Source of the DNA: Candidatus Endonucleibacter sp. (ex Gigantidas childressi)
GTDB lineage: Bacteria > Pseudomonadota > Gammaproteobacteria > Pseudomonadales > Endozoicomonadaceae
Reading direction: 5' to 3'
Assembly (NCBI GenBank): GCA_030674875.1
Contig: JASXSU010000003.1
Location: forward strand, 504,076 to 536,075
Length of the DNA stretch: 32,000 nucleotides
The notes beneath the pieces are model-generated. The model ran no database searches, was not told the origin of the DNA, and saw only the letters and a program-made list of their open reading frames with translations. Position numbers and translations under genes: made by a program. Positions 1 through 12,226 of the stretch are shown piece after piece; within the stretch, counting starts at the first letter, position 1; every line of letters begins with the position of its first letter.

Positions 1-17
1 TGGTAACGGGTATATAC
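1..17. repeat. End fragment of the same repeat family at the window edge
   Basis: tggtaacgggtatatac equals the terminal inverted repeat end. Confidence 0.55.
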
Positions 18-71
18 CCATATTAACTTTGAAGTTTCTCCTTTGTTATTAGCGTTTGCTCACCACAGTTG

Positions 72-205
72 CTTATACTAATTTCTCTTGAAGGTTGGTG
101 GTTGTTGGCTGTTCTCGCTCACCCCAATCACCTACTATTCGTGGGCTTGTGGGGGTTCGCTCGTTTGTCGCCTACCTCCCATCACCTTTAATTGTAGTGA
201 GTATA
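72..205 (+). repeat. Dispersed TIR repeat family, near full-length copy
   Basis: cttgaaggttggtggttgttggctgttctcgctcaccccaatcacctactattcgtgggcttgtgggggttcgctcgtttgtcgcctacc...tagtgagtatag; matches the core found at about 15 other sites in the window. Confidence 0.85.
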
Positions 206-285
206 GAGCTCCTGAGCTTTTGTGGTTTCGCTAACCTGTTGCTGCATATCAGCTTCAAATCCTTTGAGTATATGAGTAACTAACG

Positions 286-1596
286 TTACTCTCTGAGGTT
301 TTTGCTTTTGCATGCTTTAGCCAAAAAACATTCTTTTTTAATTGTAGTTGACCTGTTGAACCAGTCTAGGCATAAAAATATCACTGCCGCTGTTATCATA
401 TATACAGCATCAGTACCAAGTGCAGTCAAAATTAACAGGCACAGTAATGAACTGATAATAGCGAGTACTTTTTGGGTGCCTGAAAGAAGTTTAACTCCTG
501 CTAACATAGCCAAGAGGTATACTGCGACAAAATTACCATTAGCGCAACATATCAAGTTTTCTAACGATGTATCTATATAATGAAATATGGCAGCACTTAA
601 CGCACTGGCGATAACCACTACCAATAATGCTGTTATTGGTACTTTTCTTGCGGATAGCTGGGATAATTTTTTTGACCCTGGGCAGTTTAAAAAACCTTCA
701 TCAGCCATACTCCACAGCAGCTTAGAGAAACTTTGTATATAAATATTCAGGCTAGCAAAACAGGTAAGAAATCCAACAATAGCGGCTATCCATTTTCCGC
801 CCCACCCTAATACACAGCCAACCATTGTTGGGACTGATCCAGCATTATCTGCCACGCAACCATAGGCGGAAAATTTGATAACAGCAACAGAGCATATCCC
901 GTAGACTAGACCAGCAATGAGCACCCCCAAAAGCAAGGAGATGGGGAAATCTCGATCAGGTCGTTTAAACTCTTCTCCCATATGAGTAAAAGCTTCAATA
1001 CCAACAAAGCACCAAAACATCACTGCCAGAGCCGGAATTATAGATTTTATTGATGAGTAATCGTCCAGTGGTAGGCTGAAATCACTTAGCCGAATATCAC
1101 CACCGTACCAGAGAAAGGCCATCAACCCTATAACTAACAGGGCTATGCATAGCTGGACATTGCCAGAGAATCGAGTCCCACCAAGGCCAAGTATAAGAGT
1201 GCTTGCCAGAATTCCAAGTTTGATTACAAATATTGATAATGATGATAGTTCAAATAATGCAGTCCATAACCCAGTTGCCAAAATAAGGCTTGCAGGAATA
1301 GCAACAGGAATAGTTGCAAGAAACAAGAAAGCTGTCAGTTTTTCAAGACGCCGTCCCATGGCTAGCCCAACCATGTGTGCGGCTCCGCCGGCATGGGGGT
1401 ATTTTCGTCCGAGCATGGCGAATGTGAATGCCACAGGCATCACTAATAAAATAAGGATACCCCAAGCCAGAATTGACCAGCGCCCAGCAATAGTTGCGGC
1501 TACAGCAGGGACAACAAATACGCCTGACCCTAAAATAGATGTTGACATTAAACCTGCGCCCTGAACGATACCCAGGTCTTTATTCAGGCGGCTCAT
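286..1596 (-). CDS. yjeH: APC-family amino-acid permease/exporter, YjeH-like
   Basis: 436-aa multi-TM ORF; N-terminus GIVQGAGLMSTSILGSGVFVVPAVAA typical of YjeH. Confidence 0.85.
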   Translation of the reverse strand: MSRLNKDLGIVQGAGLMSTSILGSGVFVVPAVAATIAGRWSILAWGILILLVMPVAFTFAMLGRKYPHAGGAAHMVGLAMGRRLEKLTAFLFLATIPVAIPASLILATGLWTALFELSSLSIFVIKLGILASTLILGLGGTRFSGNVQLCIALLVIGLMAFLWYGGDIRLSDFSLPLDDYSSIKSIIPALAVMFWCFVGIEAFTHMGEEFKRPDRDFPISLLLGVLIAGLVYGICSVAVIKFSAYGCVADNAGSVPTMVGCVLGWGGKWIAAIVGFLTCFASLNIYIQSFSKLLWSMADEGFLNCPGSKKLSQLSARKVPITALLVVVIASALSAAIFHYIDTSLENLICCANGNFVAVYLLAMLAGVKLLSGTQKVLAIISSLLCLLILTALGTDAVYMITAAVIFLCLDWFNRSTTIKKECFLAKACKSKNLRE

Positions 1597-1783
1597 GTAT
1601 TATTATCCTGTTGAGTTGAAAGTTAATAGTAATAAGTTAGCATTTATGCTGCGTCTGAGTGCTATAATTTTGACACCAAAGACAAGTTTAATTCGTATCT
1701 CAATATAGAGCTACATGAATATCTTGTGATATTTGCAATATATTAACCTGTCATATAATCTTCTTACGCAGTAGTGATATATC

Positions 1784-1950
1784 TTATACTTACTTCCCTT
1801 GAGGGTGTGGTGTATGATTGCTCTCACTCATCCCAATAAACCTACTGCTCGTAGGTTATTATGGGTATTAGTTTGTCGCCGCGTAGCAACTTCAGTAGGT
1901 AGTAAGGGTGGCTAATATACCCTCCCACGTTTTCAAGTACTGCAAGTATA
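1784..1950 (+). repeat. Dispersed TIR repeat family, diverged copy upstream of trpE
   Basis: cttgagggtgtggtgtatgattgctctcactcatcccaataaacctactgctcgtaggttattatgggtattagtttgtcgcc; right boundary uncertain. Confidence 0.7.
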
Positions 1951-2010
1951 AGCGTATAGTTCGCTCTCTGCTCTATTACTGTTAACTATCAGCCTTATAA
2001 TGAGACAGAT

Positions 2011-3510
2011 ATGACGCCTGATGATTTTGCACGCTTTGCGCAGGAAGGATATAACCGTATCCCAGTCATCCGTGAAATTCTTGCAGATTTGGAAACGCCA
2101 TTAACTATTTACTTAAAGCTAGCTAATGGTAGATACTCATATCTTTTGGAATCAATTCATGGAGGAGAGCAATGGGGTCGTTACTCTATAATTGGTCTAC
2201 CATGCCGCACATTGTTGAGAATTACCGGTAATCATCTTCAGGTAGAAGTGGATGAGAATATAGTCGAAAAGCATAGATCTGATGATCCGCTATCGTTTAT
2301 TGAAGTATTCCAGCAACGGTACAAAGTCCCAAGTCTACCAAGTCTGCCCCATTTTTATGGTGGGCTGGTGGGTTATTTTGGCTACGATAGTGTGCGCTAT
2401 ATTGAAACAAAACTTCAAAGATATACGTCTAAAGATCCACTGAATACTCCTGATATTTTGCTGATGGTTTCAGATGATGTTGTGGTGTTTGATAACCTTA
2501 CAAACAAACTAATATTGATAACCCACGCTGATCCGGCTGAAGACTCGTCTCTGGATCACGCCAACCATAAGTTGGATGACTTAGTTCGGCGCATAAAAAC
2601 AATGCACGTTACTCTTCCAGTGCAAGAGACTTTGAATCATGTTGACGAAAAATCTTTTAGTTCTAGTACGGGTCAAGCTGCCTTTGAAAAATCTGTTGAA
2701 AAAGTACGAGATTATATTATTGATGGTGATGTAATGCAAGTGGTGTTATCCCAAAGAATGAGTATTCCATTTGATAGTTCTCCTTTCAATCTTTATCGAG
2801 CGCTGAGAAGTACTAATCCCTCACCATATATGTACTATATGGATCTCGGTGATTTCCATATAGTTGGCTCATCTCCTGAAATACTTGTTCGCCTTGAAGA
2901 AGGTGAAGTAACCGTTAGACCGCTTGCCGGAACCAGAAAGCGTGGAGAAACTGAGGAGCGCGATAAGGAGCTTGAGAATGAACTGCTAAATGACCCCAAA
3001 GAACTTGCTGAACATCTAATGTTGATTGACCTTGGTCGTAATGACGTTGGTCGTGTTTCAGAAACAGGTAGCGTTTGTCTTACGGAAAACATGCTTGTCG
3101 AACGTTATTCTCATGTTATGCATATTGTTTCTAATGTTACTGGTCGTTTGAAGCAGGGGAAGAGTGCCATTGATGTGTTGAGAGCTACGTTTCCGGCAGG
3201 TACTCTTAGTGGAGCGCCAAAAGTACGAGCTATGGAAATTATTGATGAAATGGAGCCAGTAAAACGCGGTATTTACGGTGGTGCAGTGGGCTATCTTTCG
3301 TGGCATGGCAGCATGGACACAGCTATAGCTATTCGTACTGCTATCATTAAGGATCGTCAACTCCACATTCAGGCAGGAGCAGGTATTGTAGCCGACTCGG
3401 TTCCTACGTCGGAATGGAAAGAAACAATGAGCAAAGGGAGAGCTATCTTTAAGGCTGTAGCTATGGCTCAAACAGGATTGGCTGATCAATGTCAAGAGGC
3501 CAAAAGCTAA
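2011..3510 (+). CDS. trpE: Anthranilate synthase component I
   Basis: 499 aa; chorismate-binding motifs [46 protein letters not shown]. Confidence 0.97.
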   Translation: MTPDDFARFAQEGYNRIPVIREILADLETPLTIYLKLANGRYSYLLESIHGGEQWGRYSIIGLPCRTLLRITGNHLQVEVDENIVEKHRSDDPLSFIEVFQQRYKVPSLPSLPHFYGGLVGYFGYDSVRYIETKLQRYTSKDPLNTPDILLMVSDDVVVFDNLTNKLILITHADPAEDSSLDHANHKLDDLVRRIKTMHVTLPVQETLNHVDEKSFSSSTGQAAFEKSVEKVRDYIIDGDVMQVVLSQRMSIPFDSSPFNLYRALRSTNPSPYMYYMDLGDFHIVGSSPEILVRLEEGEVTVRPLAGTRKRGETEERDKELENELLNDPKELAEHLMLIDLGRNDVGRVSETGSVCLTENMLVERYSHVMHIVSNVTGRLKQGKSAIDVLRATFPAGTLSGAPKVRAMEIIDEMEPVKRGIYGGAVGYLSWHGSMDTAIAIRTAIIKDRQLHIQAGAGIVADSVPTSEWKETMSKGRAIFKAVAMAQTGLADQCQEAKS

Positions 3511-4088
3511 TGCTACTGATGATTGATAATTATGATTCTTTTACTTGGAATCTGGTGCAGTATTTTGGCGAGCTTGGTGTGCATGTTGAAGTTTATCGAA
3601 ATGATCAAATTACACTTGCAAATATAGAGAAACTAAAACCTAGCCATATTGTTATTTCACCGGGACCATGTACGCCTAATAAAGCTGGCATATCCATGGA
3701 TACTATTCGTCATTTTCAAGATAAATTACCTATTTTAGGTGTGTGTCTTGGGCATCAGTGTATTGGTCAAGTGTATGGTGGTAAGGTCGTCAGATCTCGT
3801 CAGGTAATGCATGGAAAGGTATCTGCTATTTTTCATGGAAAGGCGGGTGTTTTTCGTAGCATTCCTAATTCGTTTAATTCAACCCGTTATCACTCTCTTA
3901 TTATAGAAAAAGAATCGTTGCCTGACTGTCTTGAGGTTACTGCATGGACCCAAACAGAAGATGGTAAAAAGGACGAGATTATGGGCGTGCGTCACAGAGA
4001 GATGCCAGTTGAAGGAGTGCAATTCCACCCTGAGTCGATTATGTCTGAGTGTGGACACGATCTGTTAAATAATTTTCTTACGCAGTAA
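3510..4088 (+). CDS. trpG: Anthranilate synthase component II, glutamine amidotransferase
   Basis: [40 protein letters not shown]; ORF track starts at 3489 but the typical start is the ATG at 3510, overlapping the trpE stop by 1 nt. Confidence 0.97.
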   Translation: MLLMIDNYDSFTWNLVQYFGELGVHVEVYRNDQITLANIEKLKPSHIVISPGPCTPNKAGISMDTIRHFQDKLPILGVCLGHQCIGQVYGGKVVRSRQVMHGKVSAIFHGKAGVFRSIPNSFNSTRYHSLIIEKESLPDCLEVTAWTQTEDGKKDEIMGVRHREMPVEGVQFHPESIMSECGHDLLNNFLTQ

Positions 4089-4106
4089 TGTCAGGAGAGA
4101 TAAGTA

Positions 4107-5135
4107 GTGCGCATTAAAGATGCTATTGCTCGTGTTGTTCAGCGGTTGGACCTAAATCGAAATGAAATGACGTCGGTAATGAAGCAGATTATGACTGGTG
4201 CATGCTCTGACTTAGAAATTGCTGCTTTTCTAGTTGCAATGCGCATGAAAAGTGAAAGTATCGATGAAATTTGTGGTGCAGTCATCATTATGCGCGAGCT
4301 GGCGACACCTGTTAAAGTTGAAGTAGATCACCTGATAGACATTGTTGGTACAGGGGGTGACGCTGGGCAGTTGTTCAATGTCTCATCAGCAGCAGCGTTT
4401 GTTGCTGCAGCGGCGGGAGCTCATGTGGCGAAGCATGGCAATAGGGGGGTATCTAGCGGCAGTGGTAGTGCTGACTTGTCAGAAAAAATTGGAATTAACT
4501 TAAATATGTCACCTGAGCAGACAGCTCGTTGCATTCAGGAGGTGGGTGTTGGTTTTATATTTGCTCCAGCTTACCATTCAGCCATGAAAAATGTTGCGAG
4601 TATACGTCGATCATTAGGTATTAGAACCCTGTTTAATATACTTGGCCCTCTATCAAATCCTGCCGGTGTGGACCGTTTGGTTATTGGTGTATTTACCCAG
4701 GAGCTTTGTCGGCCCATGACAGAGGTTTTACGGGAGTTAGGTAACAAGCATGTAATGGTTGTTCATTCTATAGATGGGTTGGATGAAATTAGTATTTCTA
4801 GCGAAACACTTGTTGCTGAGCTTGAAAATAACGAGATAAAAGAATATTTCATTAAGCCGGAAGACTTTAATATAAACTCACAAAGCCTTATAGGGATGAG
4901 TGTAACCAATTCAACAGAATCTTTTGCTCTTATACAAGATGCTTTTGACGGGAGAGAAGGTAAATATGCCAACAAGGTGGCTGATATGATAGCCTTGAAT
5001 GCTGGTGCAGGTATCTATGTGTCTGGAGTTGCTAGTAGTCTTAAGCAAGGTATTGCTATGGCTCAAGATATAATAGCAAGTGGCTCGGCATTGAAGAAAA
5101 TGTTAGAGGTGGTTCATTTTAGTAATAGTTTATGA
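4107..5135 (+). CDS. trpD: Anthranilate phosphoribosyltransferase
   Basis: 342 aa; DIVGTGGDAGQLFNVSSAAAFV, AKHGNRGVSSGSGSAD; GTG start. Confidence 0.97.
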   Translation: MRIKDAIARVVQRLDLNRNEMTSVMKQIMTGACSDLEIAAFLVAMRMKSESIDEICGAVIIMRELATPVKVEVDHLIDIVGTGGDAGQLFNVSSAAAFVAAAAGAHVAKHGNRGVSSGSGSADLSEKIGINLNMSPEQTARCIQEVGVGFIFAPAYHSAMKNVASIRRSLGIRTLFNILGPLSNPAGVDRLVIGVFTQELCRPMTEVLRELGNKHVMVVHSIDGLDEISISSETLVAELENNEIKEYFIKPEDFNINSQSLIGMSVTNSTESFALIQDAFDGREGKYANKVADMIALNAGAGIYVSGVASSLKQGIAMAQDIIASGSALKKMLEVVHFSNSL

Positions 5136-5150
5136 GAGGCAAAATAATCC

Positions 5151-5954
5151 ATGTCCATGCCAACTATTTTGAATAAAATCATTCAAAGAAAGCGTGAAGA
5201 AATTAGTGATGGTATTCAATCCCTATCTTTGGCAGAGGCTCGCATAAAGGTGCTTGACTGTCCACCTACCCGTAGTTTTGCAGATAAACTTATAGCTCAA
5301 GCTAGTTCTGGTAAAGCCGCAGTAATAGCCGAATTAAAAAAAGCATCACCCAGCAAGGGAGTTATACGAGAGCACTTCGAGCCGGCAATAATAGCTAAAA
5401 GTTATGAAAAGGCTGGAGCTACTTGTTTGTCAATATTGACAGATATTGACTTCTTTCAAGGATCTCCTGCATACATTCAGCAGGCACGCCAAGCGATGTC
5501 TCTACCGGTATTACGCAAGGATTTTATGGTTGATGCCTGGCAGATTTATGAATCTCGCTTGATGGGCGCGGACTGTATTTTGTTAATTGTATCAGCTTTG
5601 TCAGATGTCGAATTAATAGATTTTAATGGCATTGCTCAGGAGTTAGGTATGAGCGTGTTAGTTGAGGTTCATAATGGGGAGGAGCTGGAAAGAGCTTTGC
5701 ATATTAAAGGCGCTTTACTTGGTATTAACAATCGTAATCTTCACACATTTGAGGTGAGTTTGGAAACTACCTTTGAACTTCTGCCGCGAGTACCGGATAA
5801 TCGTTTGGTTATCACGGAAAGTGGAATTAACTCAAAGGATGATGTCAGCTCCATGATGGAAAAACACGTTAATAGTTTTTTGGTAGGAGAAGCGTTCATG
5901 CGCCAGGACGATCCAGGAAAAGGATTAAAAAACTTGTTTAGTAGATATTTATAA
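5151..5954 (+). CDS. trpC: Indole-3-glycerol phosphate synthase
   Basis: 267 aa; [50 protein letters not shown]; not fused to TrpF. Confidence 0.97.
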   Translation: MSMPTILNKIIQRKREEISDGIQSLSLAEARIKVLDCPPTRSFADKLIAQASSGKAAVIAELKKASPSKGVIREHFEPAIIAKSYEKAGATCLSILTDIDFFQGSPAYIQQARQAMSLPVLRKDFMVDAWQIYESRLMGADCILLIVSALSDVELIDFNGIAQELGMSVLVEVHNGEELERALHIKGALLGINNRNLHTFEVSLETTFELLPRVPDNRLVITESGINSKDDVSSMMEKHVNSFLVGEAFMRQDDPGKGLKNLFSRYL

Positions 5955-5972
5955 CTATTTTGTACCAATATC

Positions 5973-6028
5973 CCAAGAAGGTATGAGATTGTTGATCTAT
6001 CTACCTTCAATGGAAGCTGGTATTTAAT
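5973..6028. repeat. Possible short (TIR-only) member of the repeat family between trpC and gatB
   Basis: Imperfect inverted repeat taccaatatcccaagaaggta ... taccttcaatggaagctggta between convergent genes; may function as a bidirectional terminator. Confidence 0.4.
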
Positions 6029-6096
6029 ATGACCACAGGCTTGCATGTAGAGATCGGATGGATCTCTAGGTTTGTAAACTCCAGTACCTATTTGGC

Positions 6097-7545
6097 TTAT
6101 TTATCCAGTTTATTTTTTAGCATTGTGTTTACTATATCAGGGTTGGCCTTGCCCTTTGATGCTTTCATGCATTGCCCAACAAAAAAACCGATCATCTTTT
6201 CACGTTTGTCTGGAGGCGCATCCCGATATTTCTCTACCTGCTGGGAACAGTTGGTTAATACTTCGTTGAGTATTGCGTCAATTACATCAGTATTGGTAAC
6301 CTGCTTTAGGCCTTTATTTTCAATTACTGCATCAGCAGAAGACTCTTCACCATTCCATAGCGCCTCAAATACCTGCTTGGCGATTTTGCCAGAAATGGTG
6401 GAGTCTTTGATGCGAATAACAAGGCCGCCAAGCATTTCAGCAGAGATAAGGCTAGATTTAATCGTCAAGTTTTTCTGATTAAGTGTTTTGGCCAACTCTC
6501 CCATAACCCAATTGGCAGTGAGCTTGGCATCACCCGTTATTTTGGTCGCAGCTTCAAAATATGCAGCAGTGTCAGAGTCTCCTGCAAGAGCCTCTGCATC
6601 GTAATTGCTTAAGCCTAATTCGCTAATGAAACGTGCTTTTTTTGTTTCAAGTAACTCAGGCATTGTCGATTTTAGGCTTTCCAGTAGGCTGTCTTCAATT
6701 ACCACTGGTAGCAAGTCTGGACATGGGAAGTAGCGGTAATCATTAGCCTCTTCCTTGCTACGCATGGAGCGAGACTCTCCAGTATCACCATTGTATAAAC
6801 GCGTCTCTTGAAGCACCTTGCCGCCATCTTCAATAAGGTTTATCTGTCGTATAACTTCCTTGTCAATAGCTTGTTCCATAAACCGAAATGAGTTCAAATT
6901 TTTGGTTTCAGTACGGGTTCCCAGCTCTTTTTGTCCTTTAGGTTTAACAGAAACGTTGACATCAAACCGCATAGACCCTTGAGACATTTCTCCATCACAA
7001 ATGCCAATAGAGGTTACGATTGAGTGCAATTTTTTTGCAATAGCAATAGCCTCTTCTGCGGTAGACATATCTGGCTCTGTAACAATCTCAATAAGGGGGG
7101 TGCCTGCACGGTTGAAGTCAATGCCAGACATGCCATGGAAGTCTCCATGAAGGCTTTTCCCTGCATCTTCTTCCAAGTGGGCATGATGTATGCGTACAGA
7201 TTTTGTAGAGCCATTGTTCAGGGTAATATTTAAATGTCCCGCACCAATAATAGGATTCTCCAGTTGCGTTGTTTGGTAGCCTTTGGGTAAATCCGGATAA
7301 AAATAATTCTTCCTCTCAAAGGCGTTAACCTGGTTAATCTTTGCGCCAATGGCTAAGCCAAACTTAAGAGCTTTAAGAACAGCATCTTTATTTAGAGCTG
7401 GAAGTGTGCCAGGTAAACCGAGGTCCACAGCACAGGCTTGTGTATTCGGTTCTGCTCCGAACTTAGTAGAGGCTCCAGAGAAAATCTTTGTTTTTGTTGC
7501 TAGCTGAACATGCACTTCCAAGCCGATAACTGTTTCCCACGTCAT
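6097..7545 (-). CDS. gatB: Aspartyl/glutamyl-tRNA(Asn/Gln) amidotransferase subunit B
   Basis: 482 aa; [44 protein letters not shown]. Confidence 0.98.
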   Translation of the reverse strand: MTWETVIGLEVHVQLATKTKIFSGASTKFGAEPNTQACAVDLGLPGTLPALNKDAVLKALKFGLAIGAKINQVNAFERKNYFYPDLPKGYQTTQLENPIIGAGHLNITLNNGSTKSVRIHHAHLEEDAGKSLHGDFHGMSGIDFNRAGTPLIEIVTEPDMSTAEEAIAIAKKLHSIVTSIGICDGEMSQGSMRFDVNVSVKPKGQKELGTRTETKNLNSFRFMEQAIDKEVIRQINLIEDGGKVLQETRLYNGDTGESRSMRSKEEANDYRYFPCPDLLPVVIEDSLLESLKSTMPELLETKKARFISELGLSNYDAEALAGDSDTAAYFEAATKITGDAKLTANWVMGELAKTLNQKNLTIKSSLISAEMLGGLVIRIKDSTISGKIAKQVFEALWNGEESSADAVIENKGLKQVTNTDVIDAILNEVLTNCSQQVEKYRDAPPDKREKMIGFFVGQCMKASKGKANPDIVNTMLKNKLDK

Positions 7546-7548
7546 TAT

Positions 7549-9021
7549 CTATACCTCGAAATTAGTGTTCTGGGTGAATGGTGTTTGCAAATGCCAGTCT
7601 GTGGCTTGCTGAAAACGATGAGCCGCGTTCAAAAGGCGGGCTTCGTCAAAATGTGAGCCAATCAGTTGTAAGCCTATTGGACGACCGTTGTCAGCAAGAC
7701 CTATAGGAATCGACATTCCTGGCAGCCCTGCTAGGTTGACGGCAATGGTATAAATATCGGACAAATACATAGCAATAGGGTCGCTGTTCTTCTCTCCGAT
7801 ATTAAATGCAGCCGTTGGTGCATTAGGCCCCATGATGATGTCACACTCCTTAAAAACTCTAAGAAAATCATCATGAATCAAGCGGCGGACTCTCTGGGCT
7901 TTGACATAGTAAGCATCGTAATATCCGGCGGATAGAACATAGGTTCCCACCAAAATACGACGCTTTACTTCTTCCCCAAACCCTTCACTCCGGGTGCGCT
8001 TATAAAGGTCCTCTATGTTTTTTGGGTTTTCACAGCGATAGCCAAAGCGAACACCATCAAAACGAGACAAGTTAGATGAGGCTTCTGCTGGAGCTATAAC
8101 ATAATAGGCTGCTATAGATAATGCGCTGCTAGGTAGGTCAATATCTTTAATTTTGGCGCCGAGCTTTTCGTATTCTAGAATGGCATTGCGAATTTTTTGT
8201 TCAACATCGGAACTCAATCCTTCAGTAAAATACTCTCTAGGCAAGCCGATTGTCATGCCCTCTAGAGAGTTGTTAAGCGTGGCGGTGAAATCTGGTACTT
8301 CTCTGTCAATAGATGTTGAGTCGCGATGATCAAATCCTGCCATAGTATTGAGCATTATGGCCGCATCTTCAGCAGTTCTGGTCATGGGCCCTGCTTGATC
8401 AAGACTTGAAGCATGCGCAACCATACCGTAACGGGAAACGCGTCCGTAAGTTGGCTTGATGCCGGTAATGCCGCAGTGAGAAGCAGGTTGGCGAATAGAA
8501 CCGCCGGTATCAGTACCTGTAGCGCCAGAAGCGAGCCTAGCCGAGATGCAGGCTGCAGACCCACCTGAAGAGCCGCCGGGAATGGCTTTGCTATCCCAAG
8601 GATTTCTTACCAAACCGTAGTAGCTATTTTCAGTGGATGAACCCATGGCAAACTCATCCATGTTGGTTTTACCCAACATGATAGCTCCACTTTCGTGAAA
8701 TTTACGGGTAACTGTAGATTCGTATGGTGCAATAAAATTATCAAGAATCTTTGAGCCGCAGCTAGTGCGAACACCTTCAGTGCAAAACAAGTCTTTATGT
8801 GCCAGTGGGATGCCGGTCAGAGCGGTGCTGTTGCCACTAGTTCTACGCTTATCCGCTGCAGCGGCTTGGCGGAGCGCTTGCTCCGCAGTTACCGTAATAT
8901 AGCTGTTGTAGGTTTTATCCAGTTGCTGAATTCGCTTCAGGTAGCTTTGGGTTAACTCTATACTGGAAATAGTGCCTGCAGCTAGGGCTCGGCTTTGTTC
9001 TGCTAGTGTTTTATTGTACAT
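7549..9021 (-). CDS. gatA: Aspartyl/glutamyl-tRNA(Asn/Gln) amidotransferase subunit A
   Basis: 490 aa; amidase signature [41 protein letters not shown]. Confidence 0.98.
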   Translation of the reverse strand: MYNKTLAEQSRALAAGTISSIELTQSYLKRIQQLDKTYNSYITVTAEQALRQAAAADKRRTSGNSTALTGIPLAHKDLFCTEGVRTSCGSKILDNFIAPYESTVTRKFHESGAIMLGKTNMDEFAMGSSTENSYYGLVRNPWDSKAIPGGSSGGSAACISARLASGATGTDTGGSIRQPASHCGITGIKPTYGRVSRYGMVAHASSLDQAGPMTRTAEDAAIMLNTMAGFDHRDSTSIDREVPDFTATLNNSLEGMTIGLPREYFTEGLSSDVEQKIRNAILEYEKLGAKIKDIDLPSSALSIAAYYVIAPAEASSNLSRFDGVRFGYRCENPKNIEDLYKRTRSEGFGEEVKRRILVGTYVLSAGYYDAYYVKAQRVRRLIHDDFLRVFKECDIIMGPNAPTAAFNIGEKNSDPIAMYLSDIYTIAVNLAGLPGMSIPIGLADNGRPIGLQLIGSHFDEARLLNAAHRFQQATDWHLQTPFTQNTNFEV

Positions 9022-9150
9022 ATAATACCCATTCCCCTTGAAGATGTGAGGTTATTAACTGCTCTCACTCATCCCAGTCATCTACTACGCATAGGCTCAT
9101 GGGGCTTTGCTTGTTTGTTGCCTGCGCACCTTGAATGGTAACGGATATAG
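9021..9150 (+). repeat. Dispersed TIR repeat family, full copy between gatC and gatA
   Basis: ccttgaagatgtgaggttattaactgctctcactcatcccagtcatctactacgcataggctcatggggctttgcttgtttgttgcctgcgcaccttgaatggtaacggatata; about 130 bp, abuts the gatA ATG. Confidence 0.85.
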
Positions 9151-9253
9151 GCTGTTTGGCTATTTATCATTTTATCATTTTATCATTGTGGCATGAAAAA
9201 CCAGGATGGTTTTTATTGAAAAAATGGATCTGCACACAACAAAAGTATTGTGG

Positions 9254-9541
9254 CTACTCAATAACCCTAGGTACCAGAAAAAGCCCGTCTTCAGTAGAGG
9301 GAGCAGGTTTTTGCAGTTGTTCACGTTCGTTACTTTCGGTGACCTGATCTTCGCGTAATCGTTGGACTGCATCTAAAGGATGAGACATAGGGGAGGTGGC
9401 GCTGGTATCTACAGACTGCATCTTATCAATTACCATCAAAAATTGGGTAATTGTGTCAGTCATGGGTTCTACTTCATTTTCATCTATAGTCAGACGCGCA
9501 AGATGAGCAACAGCTTTAACCTGAGATCTGTCTATGGACAT
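9254..9541 (-). CDS. gatC: Aspartyl/glutamyl-tRNA(Asn/Gln) amidotransferase subunit C
   Basis: 95 aa; VKAVAHLARLTIDE, MSHPLDAVQRLREDQVTE. Confidence 0.95.
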   Translation of the reverse strand: MSIDRSQVKAVAHLARLTIDENEVEPMTDTITQFLMVIDKMQSVDTSATSPMSHPLDAVQRLREDQVTESNEREQLQKPAPSTEDGLFLVPRVIE

Positions 9542-9698
9542 AGTACTTTCCTGATCATGTAAACATCCATATCATGAGGCAAAACAGGATTATTTCAAGA
9601 GCAAGCTACAATTTTATTGGCTCTGTTGCTTAAAATATATATTTGAAGTTTGAAATAATGCTGGCTCACAAAAAACTAATAGAGGAAAGGGTGCATGC

Positions 9699-9775
9699 TC
9701 GTTACTATTGGAAGTGTGGTAGGTTACAGGCTAGAGAATCCTCATGAGTCTATAAATAGAGGTGAAGCGAACATT
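9699..9775 (-). repeat. Dispersed TIR repeat family, degraded or truncated reverse copy
   Basis: cgttactattggaagtgtggtaggttacaggctagagaatcctcatgagtctataaatagaggtga resembles the reverse complement of the repeat core. Confidence 0.6.
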
Positions 9776-10176
9776 GATGCGGCTTAATTCTCGGCCAAGA
9801 AAAGATTTGAATTTCAAAACACCCGCCCTGATAATGGGTGAACACAGGGCTGCGTCAGCAGCTTAAGCTGTGATGCACTTGCAATTTGAATCCGCGTACT
9901 AAGTTGTGTAAGTATTAAAAGTTATCATTGTCAATAACCACTATATTCGGTTATCATACCTACATTTGTGTTAAAAGTCTGTTATCTTATTGGTGGCAGC
10001 GAGGCAGTTCTCATTATAGGCGTAAATTAATAATGTTATAGTTGGCTTTGATGAATTATTCGTCTGATGCCAACTGACGAAAAGGCGCTCCAGGGGCTTA
10101 CTTAAGGTAATTAGTTAGTTTGTTGCTCTGGTTTTTTTAGATTGTTAGAGTTAGCGGCAGTTACAGATAGCCTTAA

Positions 10177-11232
<1,056 letters not shown>

Positions 11233-11365
11233 TTTCTTCTGAGTCAAATCCATCTATCTGGTTTGTTTGTTTTTAAAAATAGTAGGGTGTCTTGTTTTTT
11301 CTACATGAAAATTAATAGATTCTGTATGAGGCTCTTCGTGGAGGCTGTGAAAACCACAGGAGTAG

Positions 11366-12226
11366 ATTATCGAGCATATCTTTAGTCGACGTAGGTCATT
11401 GGCGACACAGTTCTTGCTGTTAACACTACTATCGTTAATATTGATGGTAGCCGATCATAATTTTAGTTACCTGAACCATGTTAAGGTGTGGCTTTCTGTG
11501 GCTGCGACCCCTATATATTGGTTGGCAGACGCACCATTTCGGATATCCGGCTTGGCCAGCAAGGCTGTTGCTTCCCATAGTCAATTAGTTGAAGACAATG
11601 CTCGTTTGAAAGCTAGAAACCTCATTCTTGAGCACAAAGTCCAGAAAATGGCCTCTATGACAGCCCAGAATATCCGTTTAAAGGAGCTACTGAACTCCTC
11701 TGAATTGGTTGATGAGGAGGTTGTTATTGCTGAAATTATCAGTGCTAACCCTGACCCTTTCTCCCATATTGTCATGCTTAATAAGGGCAGTGTAGATGGA
11801 GTCTTTCCCGGTCAGGCCATTGTTGATGCTCATGGTGTTATGGGGCAGGTTATTAAGGTCACGCTGGTTGCCAGCAAGGTTATGCTGATAACGGATACAT
11901 CGAGTAGAGTACCTATTCAGAGTAATAGAACTGCGTATCGTGCCATTGCTGCTGGAACTGGCAACTCTGATCAATTGGAATTACTACACGTTCCTAAAAC
12001 GGCTGATTTTAAAGAAGGAGATCTTCTTACTAGTTCTGGTTTGGGGCAACGCTACCCAGCAGGCTATCCTTTTGGCACAGTAAAAAGCGTAAAACATGAA
12101 CCAGGGCAGCTTTTTGCAACGATATTTGTTCAGCCTGTAGCCGAAATGAACCGAGGTCGCTTGGTGCTACTGGTGTTCAGAAAAGAAAAAGATGTTGTAA
12201 ATGATTCAAAGGAATTTGTACCGTGA
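11366..12226 (+). CDS. mreC: Rod shape-determining protein MreC; start codon uncertain (track ORF begins 11399 with TTG)
   Basis: MreC-like VMLITDTSSRVPIQSNRT; in-frame upstream extension IIEHIFSRRRSLATQFLL matches the usual MreC N-terminus (xxPIFSRGPSL), but no ATG/GTG/TTG precedes it after the TAG at 11363. Confidence 0.88.
   Translation: MIEHIFSRRRSLATQFLLLTLLSLILMVADHNFSYLNHVKVWLSVAATPIYWLADAPFRISGLASKAVASHSQLVEDNARLKARNLILEHKVQKMASMTAQNIRLKELLNSSELVDEEVVIAEIISANPDPFSHIVMLNKGSVDGVFPGQAIVDAHGVMGQVIKVTLVASKVMLITDTSSRVPIQSNRTAYRAIAAGTGNSDQLELLHVPKTADFKEGDLLTSSGLGQRYPAGYPFGTVKSVKHEPGQLFATIFVQPVAEMNRGRLVLLVFRKEKDVVNDSKEFVP

Noticed and set aside
95-283. 62-aa ORF in the track
   Set aside because: Most of it is a translated repeat-family copy; no conserved protein signal.
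1985-2010. trp leader peptide/attenuator upstream of trpE
   Set aside because: No short ORF with tandem Trp codons and no clean terminator could be recognised; the region is occupied by a degenerate repeat copy.
6029-6478. 149-aa + strand ORF opposite gatB
   Set aside because: Antisense to a high-confidence gatB and shows no recognisable domain; treated as a shadow ORF. Same reasoning for 1145..1564, 3058..3495, 5741..6046, 12231..12557, 24860..25237 and other opposite-strand ORFs.
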